This document shows, one piece after another, positions 18,106 to 26,280 of a stretch of 64,000 bases of DNA. Within the stretch, counting starts at the first letter, position 1. Each line of letters begins with the position of its first letter. Below the pieces are notes generated by a model. The model saw nothing but the letters and a program-made list of their open reading frames with translations, did no database searches and had not been told where the DNA came from. A program made the position numbers and the translations under genes. The DNA lies in the NCBI GenBank assembly GCA_035712145.1, contig DASTBI010000096.1, forward strand, positions 16,513 to 80,512, given 5' to 3'. This stretch comes from Candidatus Eiseniibacteriota bacterium. GTDB lineage: Bacteria > Eisenbacteria > RBG-16-71-46.

Positions 18106-19694
18106 TCTGGGGCGGAGTGCTCACGAGCCGGCGCCGTCTCCTGCGCAATCAGCTGCGGCCCGGACGCGGACGCTGGGCGACGATCCTCGGTCTCGGCCTG
18201 TTCGCCTGGTTCTTCACCCTCGTGCTCACCTCGCTCGGCGTGACGTTCGCCTCGCTCGATCCGCTCGGCTTCGGGCCGGCCCAGGGAGCCGCCGTGCTCG
18301 CCGCCGTGATCCTCGCCGCGCTGGTCGCGGCGCTGGTCTTCGACCTGCAGCACGCGGTATCGGCCACGCTGCTCGATTCGGACCTCGAGCTGCTGCACAG
18401 AGCACCCATCACTCCGCGCGAGCTGCTGACCATCAAGCTGCTGGATTCGATCCCGCGCACGGGAGCGATGATCCTGGCGGTCGCCCTTCCCGCCTGTCTC
18501 GCGTTCTCGATCGTGATGCGCGCGCCATGGTGGGGTTGGATCCTCCTCCCGGTCTTGCTCGCCAGCCTCTGGGCCGCGCCACTCGGGGCCGGCCTGGCCA
18601 CGGCTCTGCTGATCCTGCGCGCCGTGCCGGCCTCCCGCGTGCGTGAGGTGCTGGCCGTGCTCTCCACGCTCATCATGCTGGCGCTCTGGCTGCTCAACTC
18701 GTTCGCGATGCCCCGGCTGCTCACCGACGACACCGAGCTGGCGCCGCGCCTGATCGAGAGCGTCACGCCGGCGCGCTGGTTCGTGAGCATTTCGCCTCCC
18801 CACTGGGCCGCGAACGCGCTGCTGGCCGCGCACGAGACGCGCCTGGTCGAGGCGCTGCTGTGGACGCTCCGTCTGACGCTTCTCGCCGTGGCCTCGCTGG
18901 GGCTCGCGGCCTTTGCGGGCAAGGGCCTGCTCGACGATGTGCTGGCGCGAGTCGCGAGCGGCGACACACCCAAGCGCCGTCATCCTGCGGCCGCGGTGCC
19001 GATGGGGAGTCTGAGAGCGCTGCTCCTCAAGGACGCGCGCATCTTCACCCGCGACTGGTCGGTCCTCGGCGACGTCCTCACCGCCGCGCTGCTGTGGACC
19101 CTGCTCCCGCTCCTCGCCGGTCCGGTCCAGCCGCTCCCCGATGCGCAACTCGCGCGCTTCATGCTCGTGGCGCTCGCCATCGGACTCGGATACGAGGTGG
19201 GCGCGCGCACCATTCCTTATGAAGGGCCGGCGCTGGCGTGGACCCGTCTCGCCCCGCTGGCCGCCTGGCGATGGAACGGAGCCAAGTGGCTCGGAGGGGC
19301 GCTCATCGCGCTGCCGCTGATGGCGGTCGCCGCGATCGTCGCGAAGCTCGCGCTCCGCATCGGTTTTCTGGATTGGATGGAAGCGATCGCCGCGGGAGTC
19401 GGCGCGCTCGCGTTCTCACTGGCGCTCGGGCTCTGGACCGGATGGACGTTCGGCGATCCCCACTGGACGCAGCCGCGCGCGATGCTGACTTTTTCGGGAA
19501 GGCTCATCGCTTCGGGCCTGCTCCTGCTGCAGGCGGTGGCGTGGGTGGCGGCGCTGTCGGTGGCCGAGCCGATGCGCGACGCGTGGCTGCCCGGCGCGAT
19601 GCTCTGGGGACCGTTGCTTCTTGGGCTCGGCCTCACGCTTCCCATGATGTGGGGGGTGCAGCGCGCCGCGCGGCGTTACGAGTGGAGCGCATGA
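18102..19694 (+). CDS. Large polytopic membrane protein, putative ABC exporter permease
   Basis: The 530-aa product has 10 or more hydrophobic helices. Its start overlaps the ATPase stop (GTGATCTGG). Confidence 0.6.
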   Translation: MIWGGVLTSRRRLLRNQLRPGRGRWATILGLGLFAWFFTLVLTSLGVTFASLDPLGFGPAQGAAVLAAVILAALVAALVFDLQHAVSATLLDSDLELLHRAPITPRELLTIKLLDSIPRTGAMILAVALPACLAFSIVMRAPWWGWILLPVLLASLWAAPLGAGLATALLILRAVPASRVREVLAVLSTLIMLALWLLNSFAMPRLLTDDTELAPRLIESVTPARWFVSISPPHWAANALLAAHETRLVEALLWTLRLTLLAVASLGLAAFAGKGLLDDVLARVASGDTPKRRHPAAAVPMGSLRALLLKDARIFTRDWSVLGDVLTAALLWTLLPLLAGPVQPLPDAQLARFMLVALAIGLGYEVGARTIPYEGPALAWTRLAPLAAWRWNGAKWLGGALIALPLMAVAAIVAKLALRIGFLDWMEAIAAGVGALAFSLALGLWTGWTFGDPHWTQPRAMLTFSGRLIASGLLLLQAVAWVAALSVAEPMRDAWLPGAMLWGPLLLGLGLTLPMMWGVQRAARRYEWSA

Positions 19695-19730
19695 AAAAAA
19701 GCGACGGTGGGAAGCCCACCGTCGCTTTCA
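19695..19730 (+). terminator. Rho-independent terminator (perfect 11-bp stem, AAGC loop, A-run before and T-run after)
   Basis: The sequence is aaaaaaa GCGACGGTGGG aagc CCCACCGTCGC ttt, starting directly after the permease stop. Confidence 0.75.
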
Positions 19731-19792
19731 TCACCGGAACGCGCACCCTTGCGCCCGCGCGTTCCGCGATCATCTGACTCGGGTTTGTCGCG

Positions 19793-19865
19793 ACCGAGTT
19801 CGCCGGTCGGGGGAGCCGAGCCACGATCTGATCCCCGTCCGGTATTGACGCAACCGAGTTCGCCG
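19793..19865. repeat. Direct repeat ACCGAGTTCGCCG x2, exactly 60 bp apart, in the leader of the receiver-like gene
   Basis: The arms are ggtttgtcgcgACCGAGTTCGCCGgtc and ggtattgacgcaACCGAGTTCGCCGcga. The second copy carries a TTGACG -35-like hexamer. Confidence 0.5.
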
Positions 19866-19927
19866 CGAGCCAGACAACTTCCTATGGGCAGTTTTTTCCC
19901 GGCCTCGCGACCTGTCAAGATCTAGCT

Positions 19928-20395
19928 TTGTCAGGAATGATCGAGCGCGATCCAGGGGCTCACGAATCGCTCCAGAATCCCGAAGCCGGACGACTTCGAT
20001 TGGAGGACGACTCTTTGTCTCGACCCAGGACGATCATCTCGATCGTTCCCGATCTGCTCACCTCGACCCGGATCGCCGCGACCGCGAAGCAGGTAGGGGT
20101 GGCCCACGTGAGCGCCCGCGCCCAGGATGCGGTGGAGATCTGCCGCAGAACTCCGGCCGACCTGGTCATCGTGGATCTGGAAGCCAAAGGCGACCCACCG
20201 CCCGAGGCGATCGTGATGGCGCTCAAGCAGGATCCCGAGACGCGCGCTCTTCCCGTGCTGGCCTTCTATGCTCATGTCCACAACGCATTGCGGGAATCGG
20301 CTCTGAAAGCCGGCGCCGATCGAGTCCTGGCGCGCTCGGCGTTCAGTCGCCAGCTGCCCCGGCTGCTCGCGGGCGACTCTGGGTCGGCCGATTGA
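19928..20395 (+). CDS. Single-domain receiver (REC)-like protein, possibly a pseudo-receiver
   Basis: The pattern TIISIVPDLL...ADLVIVDLEA...ALPVLAFYAH...ALKAGAD matches a receiver fold, but the acidic pair is degenerate. The start is uncertain. Confidence 0.45.
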   Translation: MSGMIERDPGAHESLQNPEAGRLRLEDDSLSRPRTIISIVPDLLTSTRIAATAKQVGVAHVSARAQDAVEICRRTPADLVIVDLEAKGDPPPEAIVMALKQDPETRALPVLAFYAHVHNALRESALKAGADRVLARSAFSRQLPRLLAGDSGSAD

Positions 20396-20449
20396 CCGCG
20401 GTTGTAGACTGACTGCCGTTTCGTCCCTGACCACTCACGGGGAATTCCC

Positions 20450-20635
20450 ATGACTTCCGAAGCCCAGGACACACGACCCGAGAATCCCGCGGCCGAGTTC
20501 GAGCGGGTCCACATCTCTTGCCCCGGCTGCGGCCGGCACGACTGGGTGCGCTGGCCGGTCGGGCAGGAGGCCTACCACTGGAAGTGCTTCAACTGCGGGA
20601 AGGAGTTCGACCTGACCCGCGACCGAGGGCACTGA
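20450..20635 (+). CDS. Small 4-Cys zinc-ribbon protein (61 aa)
   Basis: It has CPGC...(22 aa)...CFNC. A GGGGAA RBS lies 8 nt upstream. Its stop is 10 nt before the queE start. Confidence 0.5.
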   Translation: MTSEAQDTRPENPAAEFERVHISCPGCGRHDWVRWPVGQEAYHWKCFNCGKEFDLTRDRGH

Positions 20636-20644
20636 GCGCCTCTC

Positions 20645-21310
20645 TTGCCCAGGCCTTACCGCATCGCCGAGCTGTTTCTCTCGCTCCAGGGCGAAGGTCC
20701 CTCCGCCGGAACACCGGCGTGCTTCCTTCGTCTCCAGGGGTGCGACGTGGGCTGTCGGTGGTGCGATACGAAGTACTCCTGGGAGGCGCAAGGTGGACGG
20801 TCGATCTCGGCCGGGGAGCTCTGGACCGAGCTCGCGGCCCTCGGCGACGCGCCGCTCCTCGTGGTGACCGGCGGCGAGCCTCTTCAGCAAGCGCAGATCG
20901 GCGAGCTGCTCGACCAGGCGGTCGCGCGATGGCCGCGCGTCGAGGTGGAGACCAGCGGCATCGGACCGCCGCCGCGCTCTCATCCCCGCCTGCACTACAA
21001 CGTCAGCCCCAAGCTCTCGACCGCGACGCCTCGCTGGGAGGCCACCTGGGAGCACATCGCCGCGTGGATCGCCGAGCCGCGCGCGACCTTCAAGCTGGTC
21101 GTCGCGAGCCCTGAAGACTACGACGAAGCCCGGGCGATGATCATTCGATACGCCATTCCCGGAGAGCGCGTGATGCTGATGCCCGAGGGCATGACCGAGC
21201 CGGTGCTGCGCGCGCGATCGGAGTGGCTCGCGGACCGCTGCAAGCGCGAAGGCTTCAGGCTCTCACCGCGCCTCCATGTCTGGCTGTGGGGCATGAGGCG
21301 CGGCACGTGA
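20645..21310 (+). CDS. queE: 7-carboxy-7-deazaguanine synthase QueE (radical SAM)
   Basis: [10 protein letters not shown] and the cluster C-x3-C-x2-C ([10 protein letters not shown]) are present. The start is TTG. Confidence 0.85.
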   Translation: MPRPYRIAELFLSLQGEGPSAGTPACFLRLQGCDVGCRWCDTKYSWEAQGGRSISAGELWTELAALGDAPLLVVTGGEPLQQAQIGELLDQAVARWPRVEVETSGIGPPPRSHPRLHYNVSPKLSTATPRWEATWEHIAAWIAEPRATFKLVVASPEDYDEARAMIIRYAIPGERVMLMPEGMTEPVLRARSEWLADRCKREGFRLSPRLHVWLWGMRRGT

Positions 21311-22020
21311 GCCGGTCCGGCGCGCAGGCGGTGGCGCTCCTGTCGGGCGGGCTCGACTCGGCCACGGCGCTCGCCTGGGGCAAAGCCGAAGGCTTCGTCT
21401 GCCACGCCCTCACGGTCGACTATGGCCAGCGGCACCGGGTCGAGATCGACGCCGCGCGGCGCGTGGCGGTCTCGCTCGGCATCGACGATCACCGCGTCGT
21501 CACCGCCGATCTCCGGGCGTTCGGTGGCTCGGCGCTGACCGCGGCGATCGACGTGCCGAAGGAGCGGCCGCTGGCCGAGATGGCTACGGGGATTCCGGTC
21601 TCGTACGTCCCGGCGCGCAACACCGTGCTGCTCGCGCTGGCATTGGCGCATGCCGAGACGCTCAGGGCGTGCGACCTGATCGCAGGCATGAACGCTCTGG
21701 ATTACTCGGGCTATCCGGACTGCCGGCCTGAATTCCTGCGCGCTTTCGAGCAGGTGGCATCGCTCGGCACCAAGGCCGGTGCCGAGGGCGCTCGCTTCAC
21801 CGTGCACGCTCCGCTCATGAGCCTCGACAAGGCCGGCATCGTGAGGCTCGGGGGCCGGCTCGGCGTGGACTTCTCGCTGACCCATTCGTGCTATGACCCC
21901 GACCAGGAGGGCGTGGCGTGCGGCGCTTGCGACGCCTGCCAGCTCCGGCTCAAGGGTTTTCGCGAAGCGGGCATCACCGACCCCGTGCGCTACCGCATGA
22001 AGGTCGCGGAGCGAGGCTGA
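21307..22020 (+). CDS. queC: 7-cyano-7-deazaguanine synthase QueC
   Basis: LLSGGLDS is the PP-loop, and the C-terminal zinc motif is [14 protein letters not shown] start overlaps the queE stop. Confidence 0.85.
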   Translation: MSRSGAQAVALLSGGLDSATALAWGKAEGFVCHALTVDYGQRHRVEIDAARRVAVSLGIDDHRVVTADLRAFGGSALTAAIDVPKERPLAEMATGIPVSYVPARNTVLLALALAHAETLRACDLIAGMNALDYSGYPDCRPEFLRAFEQVASLGTKAGAEGARFTVHAPLMSLDKAGIVRLGGRLGVDFSLTHSCYDPDQEGVACGACDACQLRLKGFREAGITDPVRYRMKVAERG

Positions 22021-22022
22021 TC

Positions 22023-22388
22023 GTGCGGGTGGAGCTCTCGAAGACGTTTCGTTTCGAGGCCGCGCATCGCTTGCCGCGCGTCCCCGCCGACCACAAGTGC
22101 CATCGCATGCACGGACACTCGTTTGCGGTCGACGTGGTGGTGGAAGGCGAGCTCGACCAGCACATGGGCTGGCTCGTCGACTACGCGGACATCACTTCGG
22201 TGGTCGAGCCAATCCTGCTGAATGAGCTCGACCATCGGACGCTCAACGATGTTCCAGGACTGGACAATCCCACGTCCGAGCGACTTTGCGAATGGTTGTG
22301 GAAACGTTTCGCACCCCGCCTGCCCGGACTGGCAGCGATCACCGTCCACGAGACCTGCGCCGCCCGGTGCACTTATCGCGGCCGCTGA
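22023..22388 (+). CDS. queD: 6-carboxy-5,6,7,8-tetrahydropterin synthase QueD
   Basis: ELSKTFRFEAAHRL...CHRMHGHSF is the QueD/PTPS signature. A GTG start lies 3 nt after the queC stop. Confidence 0.85.
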   Translation: MRVELSKTFRFEAAHRLPRVPADHKCHRMHGHSFAVDVVVEGELDQHMGWLVDYADITSVVEPILLNELDHRTLNDVPGLDNPTSERLCEWLWKRFAPRLPGLAAITVHETCAARCTYRGR

Positions 22389-22545
22389 ACCTTAGGCGCC
22401 GCGTTCCATTTCGCTCGTCCGACCCGGATTTTCAGGGAATCCGTTACCTACGTCCCATGTTCGGATCGCATGGGCCCGACCTTGTATCTAATGAGCCGGC
22501 CCGTACTGGTCGATGCATAGATCGGATCGTGGAGGGAACTGTTCA

Positions 22546-23454
22546 ATGAAGGTCTTCGTCACCGGCGCGACGGGGTATCTGGGTTCAGCGATCGCCTGTC
22601 GACTGGTCAAGGCCGGGCTTCGTGTTCATGGCCTCGCGCGCAGCGCGGCGCGATCGGAATCGCTTGGTTCGATCGGCGTCACCCCGGTGCTCGGCTCGCT
22701 GGAGCAGCCGGAGAGTTATCTCGCGGATCTGAAGAACTGTGACGCGGTGGTTCATGTCGCCCGAGCGTCGAGCGATCCGATCATCATCGACCAGAAGGTT
22801 CTCGAAGCCATCCGGATCGGCGCCCTGGATGGCCGCGTGCGACACGTGCTGTACACCAGCGGAGCCCACGTGCACGGCCCGGCGAGTGATGAGCCTCAGG
22901 ACGAGACCGCGACCCTGACGCCTGCGCCCACGGTGATCTGGCGTCCCGCTCATGAGGAAGTCGCGCTCGATCTGGTCGAGCACGACGTCCACGTCTCCGT
23001 GATGCGCCCGGGCAAGGTGTACGGCGGTCACGGTGGATACTTCGGCGGCTGGTTCCGCGAGGGAGTGCAGCGGAAGACCGTGTCCTATCCCGGCGACGGC
23101 GATCAGCACTGGCACCTGGTTCATCGCGAAGACGTCGCCGAAGCCTACCGCCTGGCCCTCGAGCACGCGCGCGGCGGGCAGAAATTCCTTCTCCTCGACG
23201 GCTCTCGCCACCCAGCACGCGAGCTGGCCGAAGCTGCGGCGCGCGCCACCGGCGCCGAGACCCGCTCGATTCCTCGCGAGCAGGTGCTGGAGCAGCTCGG
23301 CGACGTGGGTGCGGCCCTGCTGATGGACCAGCGACTGAGCGCGGCCAAGGCGCGCCGCGAGCTGGGATGGGTGCCGCGACACGCGTCGTTCATCACCGAG
23401 GCCGAGGCGCTCTACCGCGAGTGGATGGACGGTCGCCGCGCGACCGTCTCCTAG
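22546..23454 (+). CDS. NAD(P)-dependent epimerase/dehydratase (SDR family)
   Basis: MKVFVTGATGYLGSAIACRL is a Rossmann motif, with a GGAGGGA RBS. The start is taken at an internal Met of the ORF. Confidence 0.75.
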   Translation: MKVFVTGATGYLGSAIACRLVKAGLRVHGLARSAARSESLGSIGVTPVLGSLEQPESYLADLKNCDAVVHVARASSDPIIIDQKVLEAIRIGALDGRVRHVLYTSGAHVHGPASDEPQDETATLTPAPTVIWRPAHEEVALDLVEHDVHVSVMRPGKVYGGHGGYFGGWFREGVQRKTVSYPGDGDQHWHLVHREDVAEAYRLALEHARGGQKFLLLDGSRHPARELAEAAARATGAETRSIPREQVLEQLGDVGAALLMDQRLSAAKARRELGWVPRHASFITEAEALYREWMDGRRATVS

Positions 23455-23523
23455 ACCGCGCAGGGGCGCCCGCGTTCCCGGGCCTCGCTTGCTCCCGAGG
23501 CCCGCTCCCGCGTAGATAAGCGT

Positions 23524-25344
23524 GTGAGACGAGCCCTCGTCATCGCGGGCATCCTGGTCGCGATGGTTCTTGCCGTGGCGTTGACCGCCCCGGCCATCGT
23601 GAGCCGCATGGCCGCCGGCCGGATTCAGCGGGAAGCTCGGGCGCGCGACCTTCGCGTGCACTGGGATCATCTCCAGGCCGGATGGGACGGCCGTGTCGCG
23701 TTCCGGCGGCTGACGTTGTCGAGCCGGGAGGGCGGCGACACGCTGCTCGTCGCTGACTCGCTGGCCATCGGCCTTTCACCCATGGCGCTCCTCGGTCTTC
23801 GCGTCAGGGTCGCGGCGATCGGAGCGGCTCGAGCGACGGTTCGCCTGCCGCGCACCCGCTCGGTGGACGCCGACACGCTGCCGCCGGCCGGGGAACGCCG
23901 TGGACGGCGCGACGATCCCGAGCGAGCCGCGCGGCTCAGGCGCTCCGCGGAATCCCTGGTGCGGCTGCTCTTCACCAGGACGCGCGAGCTGCCAGCGCTC
24001 ACGCTGCGGGATGTCTCGCTTCAGGCGCCTCCGGGCGCCGAGGCGTTCTGGAGCGGCTTGTGGCTGTCCTGGATGGAGTCACGCCCCGAGGGCGGAGGCA
24101 TGCGCGCGGCCGCGGTCGGGGCGATTCGCGGAGAGAACGAGCTGCCGTTCGAAGCCTCGCTCAGCCACGGCGCGAACGATCGCATTCGTGGCGGCATCAA
24201 GGTGGGCTTCCCCGCCACGGACGCCGCCGGCCCCGAAGAGATCCTGCTCGTCCTCGACGGAGCGCTGAAGCAGGATTCCCGTCGGGGAATCGTGACGGTG
24301 CACGACTCCACGCATCTCACGCTCGGCAAGATCGCGCTGCGTCTCGGCGCGGAGGTGAAGCGCGAAGGCCCTGCCGTGCGGCTGCGCCTCGAGGCATTGG
24401 ACGTTTCCCAGGATCAAGTGAGAGCCAGCCTGCCGGCTGCCGTGCTCGGGCCGTTGCTCGACGTGAGCGTGGAAGGGACCTGGGACTACCGGCTCGCGCT
24501 CGATCTGGATCTCGCCCGTCCCGATTCGGTGGAATTCGTCGCCGACGTGATCCCTCACGGCCTCGCGCTCGATCCCGAGCGCACCCGTCTGCGGCTTCTC
24601 GGGCTCGAGTCGCCGTTCGTGGCGACGATTCATCTCCCTCGCGGCCGGCGAGTGAGCCGGGATCTCTCCGAGGCCAATCCGTTCTACCGGCCGCTCACCG
24701 CGATCTCCCCGTGGCTTACGAGCGGCGTGGTGACCAACGAGGACGGGGGGTTCTTCCGGCACCGCGGATTCAACACGGAGGCGGTCAAGGACGCGATCGC
24801 CGAGAACCTGAAGGCGGGCGCGTTCCGCCGCGGCGCGGGCACCATCACCATGCAGCTCGCGCGCAACCTCTATCTCGGTCACGACCGCACGCTGTCGCGA
24901 AAATTCCAGGAGGTCGTGCTGGCGTGGATCCTCGAGCACCTGACCGGCGTGTCGAAGGAGCGACTGCTCGAGATCTACCTCAACATCATCGAGTGGGGCC
25001 CTGACGTCCACGGCGCGGGCGAGGCCGCTCGCTATTACTTCGATCGGGATCCCGCCGATCTCACCGTGAGCGAAGCGTTGTTCCTCACCACGCTGGTGCC
25101 TTCTCCGCTACGATGGCGCTCACGCGTGGATGCGAAGGGGACATTGCGTCCCTGGGAAAGAGCTCAGATGCACTTCATCGGCCGGGCGATGGTTGCCAAA
25201 GGCTGGCTTCCCCTCGAGGCACTGCCTCCCACCGATTCGCTGCACATCGAGCTGCGCGGACTGGCGCGCAGCGCCGTATTTCCGGTCGATACGCTCCCGC
25301 CGCTCGACTTGCTTCAAATTCCCGCCGGGCCGGCGCCGCGATAG
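23524..25344 (+). CDS. Monofunctional peptidoglycan glycosyltransferase (GT51 transglycosylase domain) fused to a ~400-aa N-terminal anchored domain
   Basis: The C-terminus NEDGGFFRHRGFN...GAGTITMQLARNLYL...RKFQEVVLAWILE is the GT51 motif set. The N-terminus has a single TM segment. No transpeptidase domain is present. Confidence 0.75.
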   Translation: MRRALVIAGILVAMVLAVALTAPAIVSRMAAGRIQREARARDLRVHWDHLQAGWDGRVAFRRLTLSSREGGDTLLVADSLAIGLSPMALLGLRVRVAAIGAARATVRLPRTRSVDADTLPPAGERRGRRDDPERAARLRRSAESLVRLLFTRTRELPALTLRDVSLQAPPGAEAFWSGLWLSWMESRPEGGGMRAAAVGAIRGENELPFEASLSHGANDRIRGGIKVGFPATDAAGPEEILLVLDGALKQDSRRGIVTVHDSTHLTLGKIALRLGAEVKREGPAVRLRLEALDVSQDQVRASLPAAVLGPLLDVSVEGTWDYRLALDLDLARPDSVEFVADVIPHGLALDPERTRLRLLGLESPFVATIHLPRGRRVSRDLSEANPFYRPLTAISPWLTSGVVTNEDGGFFRHRGFNTEAVKDAIAENLKAGAFRRGAGTITMQLARNLYLGHDRTLSRKFQEVVLAWILEHLTGVSKERLLEIYLNIIEWGPDVHGAGEAARYYFDRDPADLTVSEALFLTTLVPSPLRWRSRVDAKGTLRPWERAQMHFIGRAMVAKGWLPLEALPPTDSLHIELRGLARSAVFPVDTLPPLDLLQIPAGPAPR

Positions 25345-25411
25345 ACCGGTCGGTTTCCAAGATGTAGACTCCCGCGCGCTCGATCCCGGTGAGGCCTCCG
25401 GGCTGCGAATC

Positions 25412-26233
25412 GTGTCAGTGGAGGTCGGATTGGCAGGCCTGATCTCGGTTTTCCCGCACACATCCGACTCGTCCCTTCAGTTCCTCGTTCTTGGGTTCCT
25501 GATCCTCGCCATCGGGCTGGTCTCGCTCACCCATCGGCGGCCGCAGCTTCCCATGGCGTCGGCTTCCGGCTCACGGCGCGCGCTGCTCTACATCCTGGTC
25601 TATACCCTTTGCGTCACCTGCTTTTGGCGGGTGCTGAGCCCGGCCCTCCTCGGCCGTGAGCACAGCGCCTGGCTGCTCGCCCTCGGCGACGTCGTCTTCA
25701 TCACGCTCGGCATGTTCGCCTGGGTCATGGCGATCGCGGAGCCCCACAGCTGGCGAGAGTATGGCTTCCATATGGATGGAGCGCCGCGCGTTGCGCTCAC
25801 GCTGGCATTGGGGGCGGCTGCAGCATTTCTGATCACCCAGCACCCCTACGGGGTAATTGGCTCCGGGAGGGTTCACCTGACCGCCGACAGCATGGTGTTC
25901 GCGTTCCTGGCGGCCACCGTGGGGTCTGCGCTGCCCGAGGAGCTGCTGTTCCGCGGCTACTTGCAGGGATCCTTGCAGGGGCGAGCCAACCGCTGGGCAC
26001 GCCTGATGTTGCCGGCAGTCGCGTTCGCCCTGTATCGCTCGGCCCGGTTCCTCCCCGGGGTCGACATCACCTTTGGCGAGTGGATGAAATACGTTCTGGG
26101 CGTTGCCTTGCCTCTTGGCATGTGGTGGGGGCTGATGCGAGACTTGGCCGGCGGCTCTCTTTGGCCCTCTCTTGCATCCCATTTCGTGACCGAGTTCGGA
26201 ACCGCGCTCGCCAGCGCTTCGCCTCCCAATTGA
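25412..26233 (+). CDS. CPBP family intramembrane metalloprotease (CAAX protease/Abi)
   Basis: The motifs EELLFRGYLQ ... ASHFVTEF and a multi-TM topology are present. The GTG start is inferred. Confidence 0.7.
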   Translation: MSVEVGLAGLISVFPHTSDSSLQFLVLGFLILAIGLVSLTHRRPQLPMASASGSRRALLYILVYTLCVTCFWRVLSPALLGREHSAWLLALGDVVFITLGMFAWVMAIAEPHSWREYGFHMDGAPRVALTLALGAAAAFLITQHPYGVIGSGRVHLTADSMVFAFLAATVGSALPEELLFRGYLQGSLQGRANRWARLMLPAVAFALYRSARFLPGVDITFGEWMKYVLGVALPLGMWWGLMRDLAGGSLWPSLASHFVTEFGTALASASPPN

Positions 26234-26280
26234 CCTCTCGCCCAACCGACCCGGCTTCCCTACCCCGAAAGGACGCCTTC

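Noticed and set aside
22389-22545. Small hairpin CCATGttcggatcgCATGG and a TTGTAT...CATAGAT promoter-like pair before the epimerase gene.
   Set aside because: The 5-bp stem is too weak and the hexamers are unconvincing, so I did not annotate them.
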